Below, piece after piece: positions 1-8,460 of a stretch of DNA of 43,372 nucleotides (positions are counted from its first letter, which is position 1; each line of letters begins with the position of its first letter). The translations under genes were made by a program, and so were the position numbers. The stretch is from contig JBASTM010000003.1 in the NCBI GenBank assembly GCA_049274895.1, forward strand, positions 1 to 43,372, read 5' to 3'. Under the pieces are notes generated by a model, which was not told the DNA's origin, did no database searches, and saw only the letters and a list, made by a program, of their open reading frames with translations. The DNA comes from Minisyncoccia bacterium (GTDB lineage: Bacteria; Patescibacteriota; Minisyncoccia; JACQLN01).

Positions 1-684
1 CACCGTATACCGAGCTTGCTGCAGCAAGCTCGGTATACGGTGGTGGGGAATTAGTTTGATCATCACGGAATCTACTTGGGGCTGGGGCCAAAAGTTTTCT
101 TTTTTTACTGGGAATAAAACCTCCGCCGAAGCCAAAAATTGAACCAAGGATGAAAGATAATTGGCTCGGGGCGGCCGGGCCGTAATCCGCTCGCCCACTT
201 CTTTTTGCGTCATCAGTATCAGTTCGGTCGGTTTGTTGGGCGAGAGTAGAAATTTTTGTATCAGCGCTCCGGTCAAATAGTATGGGATGTTGGCAATCAC
301 TCGGTAGGGGGGTTTGATTTGGGTCTCGTCAAACTTAAGAATATCCCCTTCAATTATTTTGAGATTTGCTTGCCCCGCGAAGCCCTGTGGGCGAAGTGGG
401 GAGTTTTGCCTGCCCCTCGGAGCCTTGGCGAAGTGGGGAGATTTGAGCTTTAGAAGTTGAAATAGGTTTTCATCTTTCTCCACCGCCGTTACTTCGGCTC
501 CCGATTCCAGCAAGGCCTTGGTAAGATTTCCCGTGCCCGGCCCGACTTCCAAAATAACCTCGCCGGCTTTTATTCGGGCCGAATCGATTATTTTTTTAAT
601 GATCTCTTGGGAAACTAAAAAATTTTGCCCCCTATGTTTGATAGGTTTTATATTTCTATCCTTTAGTTCTTTTTTTGTGTTCAT
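1..684 (-). CDS. rsmA: 16S rRNA (adenine1518/1519-N6)-dimethyltransferase RsmA/KsgA, 3'-truncated at window edge; carries an in-frame ~26-aa linker insertion (see repeat 364..441)
   Basis: Minus-strand translation from the ATG at 684: MNTKKELKDRNIKPIKHRGQNFLVSQEII...ILEVGPGTGNLT (SAM motif I)...VIANIPYYLTGALI...PQVDSVMIKLIP, the canonical KsgA motif order. Absent from the ORF track because no stop codon lies inside the window. Confidence 0.7.
   Translation of the reverse strand, partial: MNTKKELKDRNIKPIKHRGQNFLVSQEIIKKIIDSARIKAGEVILEVGPGTGNLTKALLESGAEVTAVEKDENLFQLLKLKSPHFAKAPRGRQNSPLRPQGFAGQANLKIIEGDILKFDETQIKPPYRVIANIPYYLTGALIQKFLLSPNKPTELILMTQKEVGERITARPPRANYLSSLVQFLASAEVLFPVKKENFWPQPQVDSVMIKLIPHHRIPSLLQQARYTV
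364..441. repeat. Imperfect tandem duplication (2 x ~36-39 bp: CTTGCCCCGCGAAGCCCTGTGGGCGAAGTGGGGAG / TTTTGCCTGCCCCTCGGAGCCTTGGCGAAGTGGGGAG) lying in-frame inside ksgA
   Basis: Direct repeat of GGCGAAGTGGGGAG read from the sequence. It encodes SPHFAKAPRGRQN/SPLRPQGFAGQAN in the KsgA interdomain linker. Its core matches the intergenic element at 25943..26028 in reverse complement. Confidence 0.6.
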
Positions 685-776
685 AAACCCAGCGACGCTA
701 ATTACGAATGGCACACGAATTTACAAATAGATTTCGATTCGCGTCATTCGGGTGCATTCGTGTATTGGTGTCGCTA
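685..776 (-). repeat. GAATG-rich structured intergenic element, copy 1 (inverted orientation), filling the pcrA stop-to-ksgA start gap
   Basis: Its reverse complement begins TAGTAGCGACACCAATACACGAATG and ends ATTCGTAATTAGCGTCGCTGG. These ends match the copies at 22479..22532 and 40487..40614 (TAGCGCGACACCAATA ... GATTAGCATCGC). Confidence 0.5.
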
Positions 777-3700
777 CTATATTTCCAATACCGTTTCGTC
801 GTTTAGCGGATCGTACTCTTGATATTCCACTAAGTGGATGGGGATGTCGTTCAAAAATCGCGAAGGCAGGCTGGCTTCACTGCGGCCGTAGAGACTGCGG
901 CGGCGGGTAAAAATCAAATAGGCCTTTTCCTTGGCGCGGGTGATGCCCACGTAGGCCAGGCGCCGTTCTTCCTCCATTTGGGCGCTGTCCCAAGCGCTTT
1001 TGGAATGAGGCAAAAGCCCTTCCTCGGCGCCGGCCACAAAGACCACCGGAAACTCCAAACCCTTGGCCGAATGCAGGGTCATTAAATTTATAGTGCCGTT
1101 TTCTTCGGAAATATCATCGGTTGAACTGGTTAAAGTTATTTCTTCCAAAAAATCGGTAATACCTTGGGGCGGTGCCAGTTGGTTGAATTTGGCGGCTACC
1201 GTTAGCAGTTCCAAAACGTTTTCCCATCGAGCTTGGCCCGCTTCGGTACCATCCAGACAGTAATTCTTATATTGGATTTTATCCAAAACGGTTTTAATAA
1301 AATCAGCGAGCTGGCTGTGGCGCGCTACTATTCTTAGTTGGGCCATAGTATCCAGAAAGTCTTTTATCTTAGGATGAGCTATGTTTTCGATCGATCCGGC
1401 TAGGGTTATTTTATCCCAGGCGCTTTTACCCAAGCCGCGGGGCGGCGTGTTGATTATTCTTTTTAAGCTGATTAAGTCTTTTTCGTTTTGCACAAACCTC
1501 AAATAGCATAAGATATCTTTTATTTCCCGGCGTTCGTAAAATTTTACGGCGCCGACCATGCGATATGGCCAGCCCTCTTGGAGCATGGCTTCTTCTATGG
1601 CTCGGGATTGGGCGTTGGTGCGGTACAAAACCACAAAATCGTTAAGGTCAACGGCGGTATTCGGCTCTAGAGCCAGTATTTTTTTTATTTCCCCAGCGAT
1701 GAAAGTTCCCTCTTCTATTTCATCGGCGACCTCCACGATTTTTATTTTTCCACCGCGATCGCGGCGAGTCCACAGTTTCTTTTCTGTTTTATAAACGTTT
1801 TTTTGGATGACCGCGTGGGCCGCGTCCAGAATGTTTTGGGTGCTGCGGTAATTTTCTTCCAAAAAAACAATTTTGGCCTCGGGGTAGTCTTTTTCAAAAG
1901 TGAGAATATTCCTAAAATTGGCCCCGCGAAAAGCATATATTGAGTTGTGGACAACAAAACCTTCGGCAATGTAGTTATGCGTATTCTCAATATTAAGATC
2001 GTAAACCAGGCCGCTGTAAGGTTCTTTTTCCACCTTAATGATTTCTTCTTCGTTTATAATGCCTTTATCGACTACTGGCAATAGCATAGTGGGTCTTAAG
2101 TGACTGGCTGGTTGAAAATTATATTTTTTTATGCCTCGTTTTAAATAAATAGATCTTTTTAGTTCCACTGGCACGCCGTTTTTTTGGGCGATGTGGCAAA
2201 TTTGACCAGCCAGATTTTCCGCTTCAGAATATTTCAAACGAGAGCACTCTATTCTCCATGTCCCCAACTTACCTTTGCGGATCGGCCAGTTTTGTTGTTT
2301 TAAAGCATTTTTTAAACCCTTGTGGGAAGTGTTTATGGCTAAACGTGACAGTCCCCAAGGCGACGAGGCGGTAATTCTGGGATCGCCAAACAGCGTCAGG
2401 TTAACCCTTATCTTCTGAATATTACTCCCCTTCCTTGTTGTGCCTTGGGGTAAAAAATGAGGGTAATTTGGATTTATACTAAGATCCGACATTAGTTTTT
2501 GGGCATTGCTCCGGGTTGGAATCTCCTGGTAGAGGCGGTTTATCAATTCTTGATTTATTTTCATCGGCCTATTTTTGTAGGTGGAGAACACCATAGTTGG
2601 AATGCCATATTTTATTGAGAACAATTGCTCTTGGAGCGTGGCTTCTTCTTTGGAAGTGGTGACCTCTAGTACCCACATTTTATCGGCTCGTTCTTGGTTG
2701 GCTCGTGCATGTAGTCCGATAACTGTGTGTCGACCATCGTAGCGGGCACCCTTGGCGATTCCAATGCGATATCCCAGGCGGGTCGCGTACATCAAATACA
2801 CAAAGTAGATATTGGGGTTTAATTTGAATTTAGCAAAGAAAATATGATTAGGTGTTGTCTTTATTATTCTGCCGCTGGTTGTGGTTATCTTTATTAGATC
2901 GTTTTTATAATTGAATTTTTTTATCTGTTTGATCTTTTGCTCCGACGTACTTACACCATTAGCGCTGATGATTTTCTGGTTGATAACCAGGGACTCTATT
3001 GGTTTAGAACCCGCGGTGGTAGTTATTTTTGTCGTCGGAGGGAAACATTGCCAGTCATCGCCCACCACGCAAAGGTTCTTATGCTTCTTCGCGAGCAGTT
3101 TTAACAGAATATATTGAGCGCGATTGGTGTCTTGGTATTCGTCCACCAGAATATAGCGGAACTGGTCTTGATATTTTTCCAGAACATCAGGCAACTTCTT
3201 GAATAGTTCCACCGCGAGCATCAAGAGGTCGTCAAAATCCAAAGCGTTGGCTTCTTTTAAGTAAGTTTCATAGCGTTCAAAAACCTGCAAAACAATTTTG
3301 GCGTAAAAATCACCGGCTTCTCCGCTGTAAGCAGCTGCGTTTACAAGCTCATTTTTTTGTTTGGAGATGGCGGCGCAAACTCCGCCGGGCTTAAACTGAT
3401 CGGGGTCTATGGCCAGTTCGGCCATGATCTCTTTAACGGCGGCCAAAGAATCGGAATCGTCGTAGATGGTGAAATTGGAACTGTAGCCCAGATGATGAAT
3501 TTCCTGGCGCAGGATTTTAGCCGCAAAAGAATGAAAAGTTCCTAGGAAAGTCGGTAGTGAGTAGTGAGTAGTGAGTAGTTTAGGGTTAAGGAGTTTATAA
3601 ACTCGGTTTTTCATTTCCTCGGCGGCCTTATTGGTGAACGTTAGCGCCAGGATATTTTTAGGATTCACCCCCTGCTCAATCAGATAGGCGATTCTGTGGG

Positions 3701-3812
3701 TTAGCGCCCGGGTTTTGCCGGAACCGGCCCCGGCAATAATTAAAACCGGGCCCTCCGCAGTGGTAACGGCCTCCTGTTGTTCTTTGTTTAAGTTTTTTAG
3801 GATATCGGACAT
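777..3812 (-). CDS. pcrA: ATP-dependent DNA helicase PcrA/UvrD (superfamily 1) interrupted by an intein in helicase motif III
   Basis: Walker A GAGSGKT, motif II ILVDEYQDTN and 'VVGDDWQ | C...HN | SIYAFRGA' read from the translation. Extein is about 643 aa and the intein about 368 aa. Confidence 0.85.
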   Translation of the reverse strand: MSDILKNLNKEQQEAVTTAEGPVLIIAGAGSGKTRALTHRIAYLIEQGVNPKNILALTFTNKAAEEMKNRVYKLLNPKLLTTHYSLPTFLGTFHSFAAKILRQEIHHLGYSSNFTIYDDSDSLAAVKEIMAELAIDPDQFKPGGVCAAISKQKNELVNAAAYSGEAGDFYAKIVLQVFERYETYLKEANALDFDDLLMLAVELFKKLPDVLEKYQDQFRYILVDEYQDTNRAQYILLKLLAKKHKNLCVVGDDWQCFPPTTKITTTAGSKPIESLVINQKIISANGVSTSEQKIKQIKKFNYKNDLIKITTTSGRIIKTTPNHIFFAKFKLNPNIYFVYLMYATRLGYRIGIAKGARYDGRHTVIGLHARANQERADKMWVLEVTTSKEEATLQEQLFSIKYGIPTMVFSTYKNRPMKINQELINRLYQEIPTRSNAQKLMSDLSINPNYPHFLPQGTTRKGSNIQKIRVNLTLFGDPRITASSPWGLSRLAINTSHKGLKNALKQQNWPIRKGKLGTWRIECSRLKYSEAENLAGQICHIAQKNGVPVELKRSIYLKRGIKKYNFQPASHLRPTMLLPVVDKGIINEEEIIKVEKEPYSGLVYDLNIENTHNYIAEGFVVHNSIYAFRGANFRNILTFEKDYPEAKIVFLEENYRSTQNILDAAHAVIQKNVYKTEKKLWTRRDRGGKIKIVEVADEIEEGTFIAGEIKKILALEPNTAVDLNDFVVLYRTNAQSRAIEEAMLQEGWPYRMVGAVKFYERREIKDILCYLRFVQNEKDLISLKRIINTPPRGLGKSAWDKITLAGSIENIAHPKIKDFLDTMAQLRIVARHSQLADFIKTVLDKIQYKNYCLDGTEAGQARWENVLELLTVAAKFNQLAPPQGITDFLEEITLTSSTDDISEENGTINLMTLHSAKGLEFPVVFVAGAEEGLLPHSKSAWDSAQMEEERRLAYVGITRAKEKAYLIFTRRRSLYGRSEASLPSRFLNDIPIHLVEYQEYDPLNDETVLEI
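1944..3047 (-). mobile_element. Intein (~368 aa) within pcrA: Cys1 ... TTPNH (block B) ... VVHN | S (blocks F/G)
   Basis: Block A CFPPTTKI, block B TTSGRIIKTTPNHIFF and block F/G GLVYDLNIENTHNYIAEGFVVHN followed by Ser+1. At ~368 aa it is too large for a mini-intein, implying a central domain of ~200 aa, presumably an endonuclease. No clear LAGLIDADG motif was found. Confidence 0.8.
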
Positions 3813-4163
3813 TGGGATATTATATCAGAAATTAAAAACTCGAAACTCAAAAGTCAAAAATAAAAGTAAAAAATCAAAACTTTTGACTTTGTTTATCGGA
3901 TTATGTCTTATATAGCTCTGTGGACTACTTAGTTGACCTTAGGGCTCAAATCGATTAGGATTTTACTACAACCCTGTGTTCCAGGGTTTTGCGCGTCTAA
4001 TGGCATATTTGGCGGTTTAATGCCCATCCAGGCACTATTTTAAGGCCAACCGGCCTTAACCCAAGTGTTTTTGGATCAGGTTTAGTAAACGATTAGTAAA
4101 ATTAAATATCAACTCGCAGTTCTATTCGGCAGATGGCTTGATTTTTTACGCAGCCGGTGGATT

Positions 4164-5300
4164 TTGTTTTTAAGCTGGCCCATCGCTAAAAGATTGCTGG
4201 TGGGCGGAGCAGTTGTTTTTGTTTTTTTGGTCGGATTGATGGTCTGGCTAGGCGGGTCTGGGAGTTCGGTGGCGTTGGATTCCGGAAGTAAAGAGATAGT
4301 TGAGGAGGTCAGTGACGGAGAAGATGATTTTTTATCTAGAGTATTATCCAAAGAGTCGCCCGTGGCCTCGGCCCTGATTTTTGCCGGCGGTTTAGAAGAA
4401 CGTCTGCAGGGTGTTTTTCGCGGCCCGGACGGCGGCCGTGTGGACATGGCTTTGGGCGGTCCTGATGAGGCCGGAGATTTGGATCGTTTAGAAACGGTGG
4501 GCGGCAATTCGGTGGTGGCCTATTCGCCTGTTTTGGCCATTATTCCCGCGAGCAGCAATGTAACTTTTGAAGAGGGCGATGTCTTAACTTACGAGATTGA
4601 AGAGGGTGATAGTTTGGAATCCATCGCCGAAGATTTTGGAATTTCGGTGGATACTCTCACGAGCGTTAATAATATACCGGCCAGAACCAAGTTAAAACCC
4701 GGCGACAAGCTGGCTATTTTGCCGGTTGATGGCGTAAAACATACGGTTAAATACGGAGATACTATAGAAAATATCGCCTTAAAATACAAAGCTGATGCCG
4801 AACGCATTATGGCTTTTAACAATTTGCCGGATAATGCCCGCATCCAACCCGGTGACGTTTTAGTGATACCGGGCGGCCAGCATGTGCCGCTAAGTCCAAA
4901 AGTGGCGCCCATAAAATCGCCGGCGCCGCAGACCTTACCCAATCTGGTGGGCTACTTTGGTTTACCTTCCGGCGGCCGTGTTACTTTCGGCCTGCATCGT
5001 TACAATGCTGTGGATATTGGCGGCAAAGATTGGTGCAACACTCCCATTTACGCTTCGGCCGCCGGCACGATTATTACCGCCGATGGGCAGGGTTGGAACG
5101 GCGGTTACGGCAAGTACGTCAAAATCGCGCACGACAATGGTACCCTAACTTTATATGCTCACGCCTCGCAACTTTTGGTTAATCTCGGCCAGTTTGTGGC
5201 CAAAGGCCAAACCATTGCTCTCGTAGGTTCTACCGGCCGCTCCACCGGCTGCCATGTTCACTTTGAAGTTAGAGGCGCCAGGAATCCTCTGGCACGTTAG
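4164..5300 (+). CDS. Membrane-anchored LysM-domain M23 family metallopeptidase (peptidoglycan hydrolase)
   Basis: N-terminal TM helix, two or three LysM repeats (YEIEEGDSLESIAEDFGIS...; HTVKYGDTIENIALKYKAD...) and a C-terminal M23 core (HRYNAVDIGG...GYGKYVKIAHDNGTLTLYAHAS...GSTGRSTGCHVHFEV). Confidence 0.8.
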   Translation: MFLSWPIAKRLLVGGAVVFVFLVGLMVWLGGSGSSVALDSGSKEIVEEVSDGEDDFLSRVLSKESPVASALIFAGGLEERLQGVFRGPDGGRVDMALGGPDEAGDLDRLETVGGNSVVAYSPVLAIIPASSNVTFEEGDVLTYEIEEGDSLESIAEDFGISVDTLTSVNNIPARTKLKPGDKLAILPVDGVKHTVKYGDTIENIALKYKADAERIMAFNNLPDNARIQPGDVLVIPGGQHVPLSPKVAPIKSPAPQTLPNLVGYFGLPSGGRVTFGLHRYNAVDIGGKDWCNTPIYASAAGTIITADGQGWNGGYGKYVKIAHDNGTLTLYAHASQLLVNLGQFVAKGQTIALVGSTGRSTGCHVHFEVRGARNPLAR

Positions 5301-5357
5301 TTTTTTGGTTCTGTCTGTATAAAGTCCTATAGGTCTTATAAGACTTATTAGTCTTAT

Positions 5358-6875
5358 TTAATTCTGCGGACGGTACTGCAGGGCTTCGTTGATATGGCCG
5401 GGAGCAATCTCATCTACACCTTCAAGATCAGCGATAGTGCGGGCGAGTTTCAAAACGCGGTGGTAGCCCCGGGCCGAAAGGTTGTAGGTAGCCACCGCGT
5501 TTTTGATGGTTTCCTGGCCCGGTTCGTCCAGACGGCAGAAAAGTTTAACGTCTCTTAACTTCATTTCGCCGTTGGTGGCAAAACCGAAATTTTTGAATCT
5601 TTCTTTTTGAATTTGGCGGGCCTGTTCCACGCGGGCGCGTATTTTTGACGAGGCCTCGGCCACCGCCTCGGAAGCCAGTCTTTCATATTTTACCCTGGGC
5701 ACTTCCGCGTGCAAATCAATTCTATCCAACAGCGGCCCCGAAATTTTTCTTTTGTATTTTTGAACTTGAAAAGGCGTGCAGACGCAATCTTGGGCGGGAT
5801 CGTTCAAAAAACCGCAGGGGCAGGGATTCATGGTGGCCGTGAGAATAAACTTGGCCGGAAAAGTTAAACTGCCTTTGACGCGCGAAACCGTTACCACGCC
5901 GTCTTCCAGGGGCTGGCGCAAACTTTCCAAAACGTCGCGGTTAAATTCCGGAAATTCGTCTAAAAACAAAACACCCCGGTGGGACAAGGTGATTTCACCG
6001 GGTTTGGGAATACTGCCGCCGCCCACCAAAGCCGCCGCCGAAGAAGTGTGATGGGGCGATCTAAATGGCCGGGTTCTTACGAGCGGAGCGTGGTGCTGGA
6101 TCAGCCCGGCCACCGAAAATATTTTAGTGGTTTCCAAAATTTCTTCTTTATCCATAGCCGGCAGTATGGAAACCATAGCCCGGGCCAGCAATGTTTTGCC
6201 CGAACCGGGCGGGCCCGACATTAAAACATTGTGCCCTCCGGCCGCGGCGATCTCCAAGGCCCTTTTGGCAAACTCCTGGCCTTTGATGTAGGCAAAATCA
6301 TGTTCACTCTCGGGTTTATAGGGCGGCAAAACCGAAATCGGCATCGGGCTTATCAGTTTTATTTTGGCCAAGTGCTGGCAAACATCTTTTAAGCTTTCGG
6401 CCGGGAAAATGTTTATGCCTTCAACCAAAGCCGCTTCCTCGGCGTTGTCTTTGGGCACGTATATTTCTTTTAGGCCGTAGACTTTAGCCATTATGGTTAT
6501 GGGCATCACGCCAAAAATCGGGCGGATGGATCCGTCCAAAGCCAACTCGCCTATAAACAGTTTGCCTTCGGGGTCAAAATTTATCTGGCGCGAGGCCATA
6601 AGGTACGCGAGGGCGATGGGCAGATCGTACTTAGGGCCTTCTTTTTTTAAGTCGGCCGGGGCCAGGTTGACAATGACCCTGCGGTTGGACTGGTTGGGCG
6701 GCACCAATTTGGAATTTTTTATGGCCGAAGAAACCCGGTCTTTGGCCTCTTCGATGGCCTTATCGGGCAAACCCACAATATTAAAAACATGGAGGCCTCG
6801 GCCCAGGTCCACCTCCACTTCTATCGGTTGAGCGTCCAGGCCGACGAGGGCGGCGGAATAGATTTTACTGGGCAT
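5358..6875 (-). CDS. comM: YifB/ComM family Mg-chelatase-like AAA+ ATPase
   Basis: N-terminal Lon-like domain (MPSKIYSAALVGLDAQPIEVEVDL), Walker A GPPGSGKT and a C-terminal ChlI-like domain. Confidence 0.8.
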   Translation of the reverse strand: MPSKIYSAALVGLDAQPIEVEVDLGRGLHVFNIVGLPDKAIEEAKDRVSSAIKNSKLVPPNQSNRRVIVNLAPADLKKEGPKYDLPIALAYLMASRQINFDPEGKLFIGELALDGSIRPIFGVMPITIMAKVYGLKEIYVPKDNAEEAALVEGINIFPAESLKDVCQHLAKIKLISPMPISVLPPYKPESEHDFAYIKGQEFAKRALEIAAAGGHNVLMSGPPGSGKTLLARAMVSILPAMDKEEILETTKIFSVAGLIQHHAPLVRTRPFRSPHHTSSAAALVGGGSIPKPGEITLSHRGVLFLDEFPEFNRDVLESLRQPLEDGVVTVSRVKGSLTFPAKFILTATMNPCPCGFLNDPAQDCVCTPFQVQKYKRKISGPLLDRIDLHAEVPRVKYERLASEAVAEASSKIRARVEQARQIQKERFKNFGFATNGEMKLRDVKLFCRLDEPGQETIKNAVATYNLSARGYHRVLKLARTIADLEGVDEIAPGHINEALQYRPQN

Positions 6876-6996
6876 AATTTTGTCTGCGAGCGTAGCGAGT
6901 AGCTACAAAATTACAGCCCTGTTAGTGAATTTCCGATTTGTTTTTATGACTTTCCGAAGGAAAGTCTTTCGGAAATTCTACTACGGGGCATAAATT

Positions 6997-7377
6997 TTAA
7001 TTATGTTGGGTGCAATTTCTTGCCGATGGCTCGGCTCTTAACCGATCTATATCCATAGCTTCTCCGCATTTTTCGCAAATGCCGTAACTGTTTTTGGTTA
7101 TTTTTTCTAAAGCGGCGTCAACCTCTTGAAGATGAATTTCCAACTCATGTTCCAAAGGCAAGCGGGTGGCGTATTCGGTCACCTCTTGCGAATTGTCGTC
7201 CCAATCGTTTCCCAAGTCTTTATAATCCGCGTCCCAATCGCCCTTAACTTTTTTGTCGGGGTGAGCCACCGAACTCAACTCTTCGGTTAGAGTTTTCTTT
7301 TCTTTTTCCAAAGCCGATTTTAGTTCGTTTAGGATTTCTTGGTTCATTATGTACTTATTATATTGGAGACGCAGCAA
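6997..7377 (-). CDS. DksA/TraR family zinc-finger protein
   Basis: Coiled-coil N-terminus and a C-terminal C-x2-C-x17-C-x2-H finger (CEKCGEAMDIDRLRAEPSARNCTQH). Confidence 0.55.
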   Translation of the reverse strand: MLRLQYNKYIMNQEILNELKSALEKEKKTLTEELSSVAHPDKKVKGDWDADYKDLGNDWDDNSQEVTEYATRLPLEHELEIHLQEVDAALEKITKNSYGICEKCGEAMDIDRLRAEPSARNCTQHN

Positions 7378-7484
7378 TAAGAAAAGTCAGTTTGACATGT
7401 TTTACTTCTGTATGCTTACATATAGCCGGTACCTAAGGTGGTATAGATCTTTAATAAATCACCTTTAATTAAGGAGATGGCGAG

Positions 7485-8378
7485 GTGAAGCAGTTTCGAG
7501 TTTTGGTTCTGGTGGTTGCGGTGGTGTCTTTCGGGGCGGTTCCGGCGTTTAGCTGGGAACACACGGAAGATTGGGAGGTTTTCGGTTCTTTTGTGTACAC
7601 TTTCACCGAGGATGATCCCAACAACGACAATCGGATCACCTTCAACAAGTCTTGGCTGATCAGCCGGACGGAACTGGATGAGAATACGGAGGCAGTTGTT
7701 TTTCTGGCGCTTCAAGGCCAAGAGATGCTAGTCCACGACTTTCGGGTTGAGCGCTGTCTGTCTTGGATTGGTTTCGACCGAGTTGTGATCGGCCGGTTTA
7801 TTCCCCCGTTTGGCCGGGAATGGGCGGATGTGAGGTACGATCGTCTGCCCACCGTATTCTATTCGTCCCTCACTGATTCTTTGGTGGCCCGGGACATCGG
7901 CGCGCGGGTGGATATGAGCTACGGCTGGGTTCGGCTTAACTTGGGTTTATTCGCCAGCGATCAAAGGCATGGCAGTTTTTACAAGGAGAGGCACGATAGT
8001 AAATTGCACACCTACCAGCGCTGGCGTCTGGAACTGCCCTACGGTTTTACTCTGGGTACCTCTTACCGCTATGCGCGCACCAGAAACGATCTCTGGGCCG
8101 CCGAAGTGAGTTGGTCCAAACCCGATATGCCCACTTCGGAGTTTGCTGTAGAGGCAGTGCGCTTCGACCGCAAGACCCAGTGGTATTTTCTGTTCTCGCA
8201 GGAGATGTCCGAATACGTTTGGGCGGTGGTGCGTTACGAGGATTTGGTTTCGGGCAACAGAATCACCCCCGGGATCAAAGTGGTGTTGGATCACTTCGAT
8301 CTAAAGGTCAACGCCGTTTTGCCCGGCGACAGCGCCGAACCCAATGTCTTTTTGAGCCAGCTTGTTGTTCGTTACTAA
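7485..8378 (+). CDS. Secreted hypothetical protein, W/Y/R-rich and beta-strand-like, ending in an aromatic residue (GTG start, RBS AAGGAG)
   Basis: Signal peptide MKQFRVLVLVVAVVSFGAVPAFS. Alternating hydrophobic pattern with a C-terminal ...LVVRY. No recognisable family. Confidence 0.5.
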   Translation: MKQFRVLVLVVAVVSFGAVPAFSWEHTEDWEVFGSFVYTFTEDDPNNDNRITFNKSWLISRTELDENTEAVVFLALQGQEMLVHDFRVERCLSWIGFDRVVIGRFIPPFGREWADVRYDRLPTVFYSSLTDSLVARDIGARVDMSYGWVRLNLGLFASDQRHGSFYKERHDSKLHTYQRWRLELPYGFTLGTSYRYARTRNDLWAAEVSWSKPDMPTSEFAVEAVRFDRKTQWYFLFSQEMSEYVWAVVRYEDLVSGNRITPGIKVVLDHFDLKVNAVLPGDSAEPNVFLSQLVVRY

Positions 8379-8397
8379 AATAGAGATCAGTGCTAGG

Positions 8398-8428
8398 ATC
8401 GTGTTCCGCAAGGAACACGATTTTTTAT
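8398..8428 (+). terminator. Rho-independent terminator (ATCGTGTTCC-GCAA-GGAACACGAT + T7)
   Basis: Perfect 10-bp stem followed by a T-run, 20 nt after the stop of 7485..8378. Confidence 0.7.
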
Positions 8429-8429
8429 T

Positions 8430-8460
8430 AAAAAAAGCTCGTCCAGGAAAGGACGAGCTG
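8430..8460 (-). terminator. Rho-independent terminator on the minus strand (AGCTCGTCC-TTTCCT-GGACGAGCT + U-run)
   Basis: 9-bp stem preceded on the plus strand by A7. It closes the ORF-free structured region 8465..9040. Confidence 0.6.

Noticed and set aside
290-330. Apparent frameshift in ksgA between ...FDETQIKPP and YRVIANIPYY
   Set aside because: On recount the homopolymer is C6, not C5. The frame is continuous (KPPYRVIANIPYY), so ksgA is intact.
256-453. Plus-strand ORF (65 aa) on the ORF track
   Set aside because: Antisense to the ksgA coding sequence; its reading frame is formed by the GC-rich repeat.
1944-3047. LAGLIDADG homing endonuclease motif inside the intein
   Set aside because: No convincing LAGLIDADG or HNH signature seen by eye. 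The central domain remains unclassified.
7947-8294. Minus-strand ORFs overlapping the secreted-protein gene (also 8111..8383 on the plus strand)
   Set aside because: Embedded in the coding sequence of a better-supported gene that has a signal peptide and RBS.
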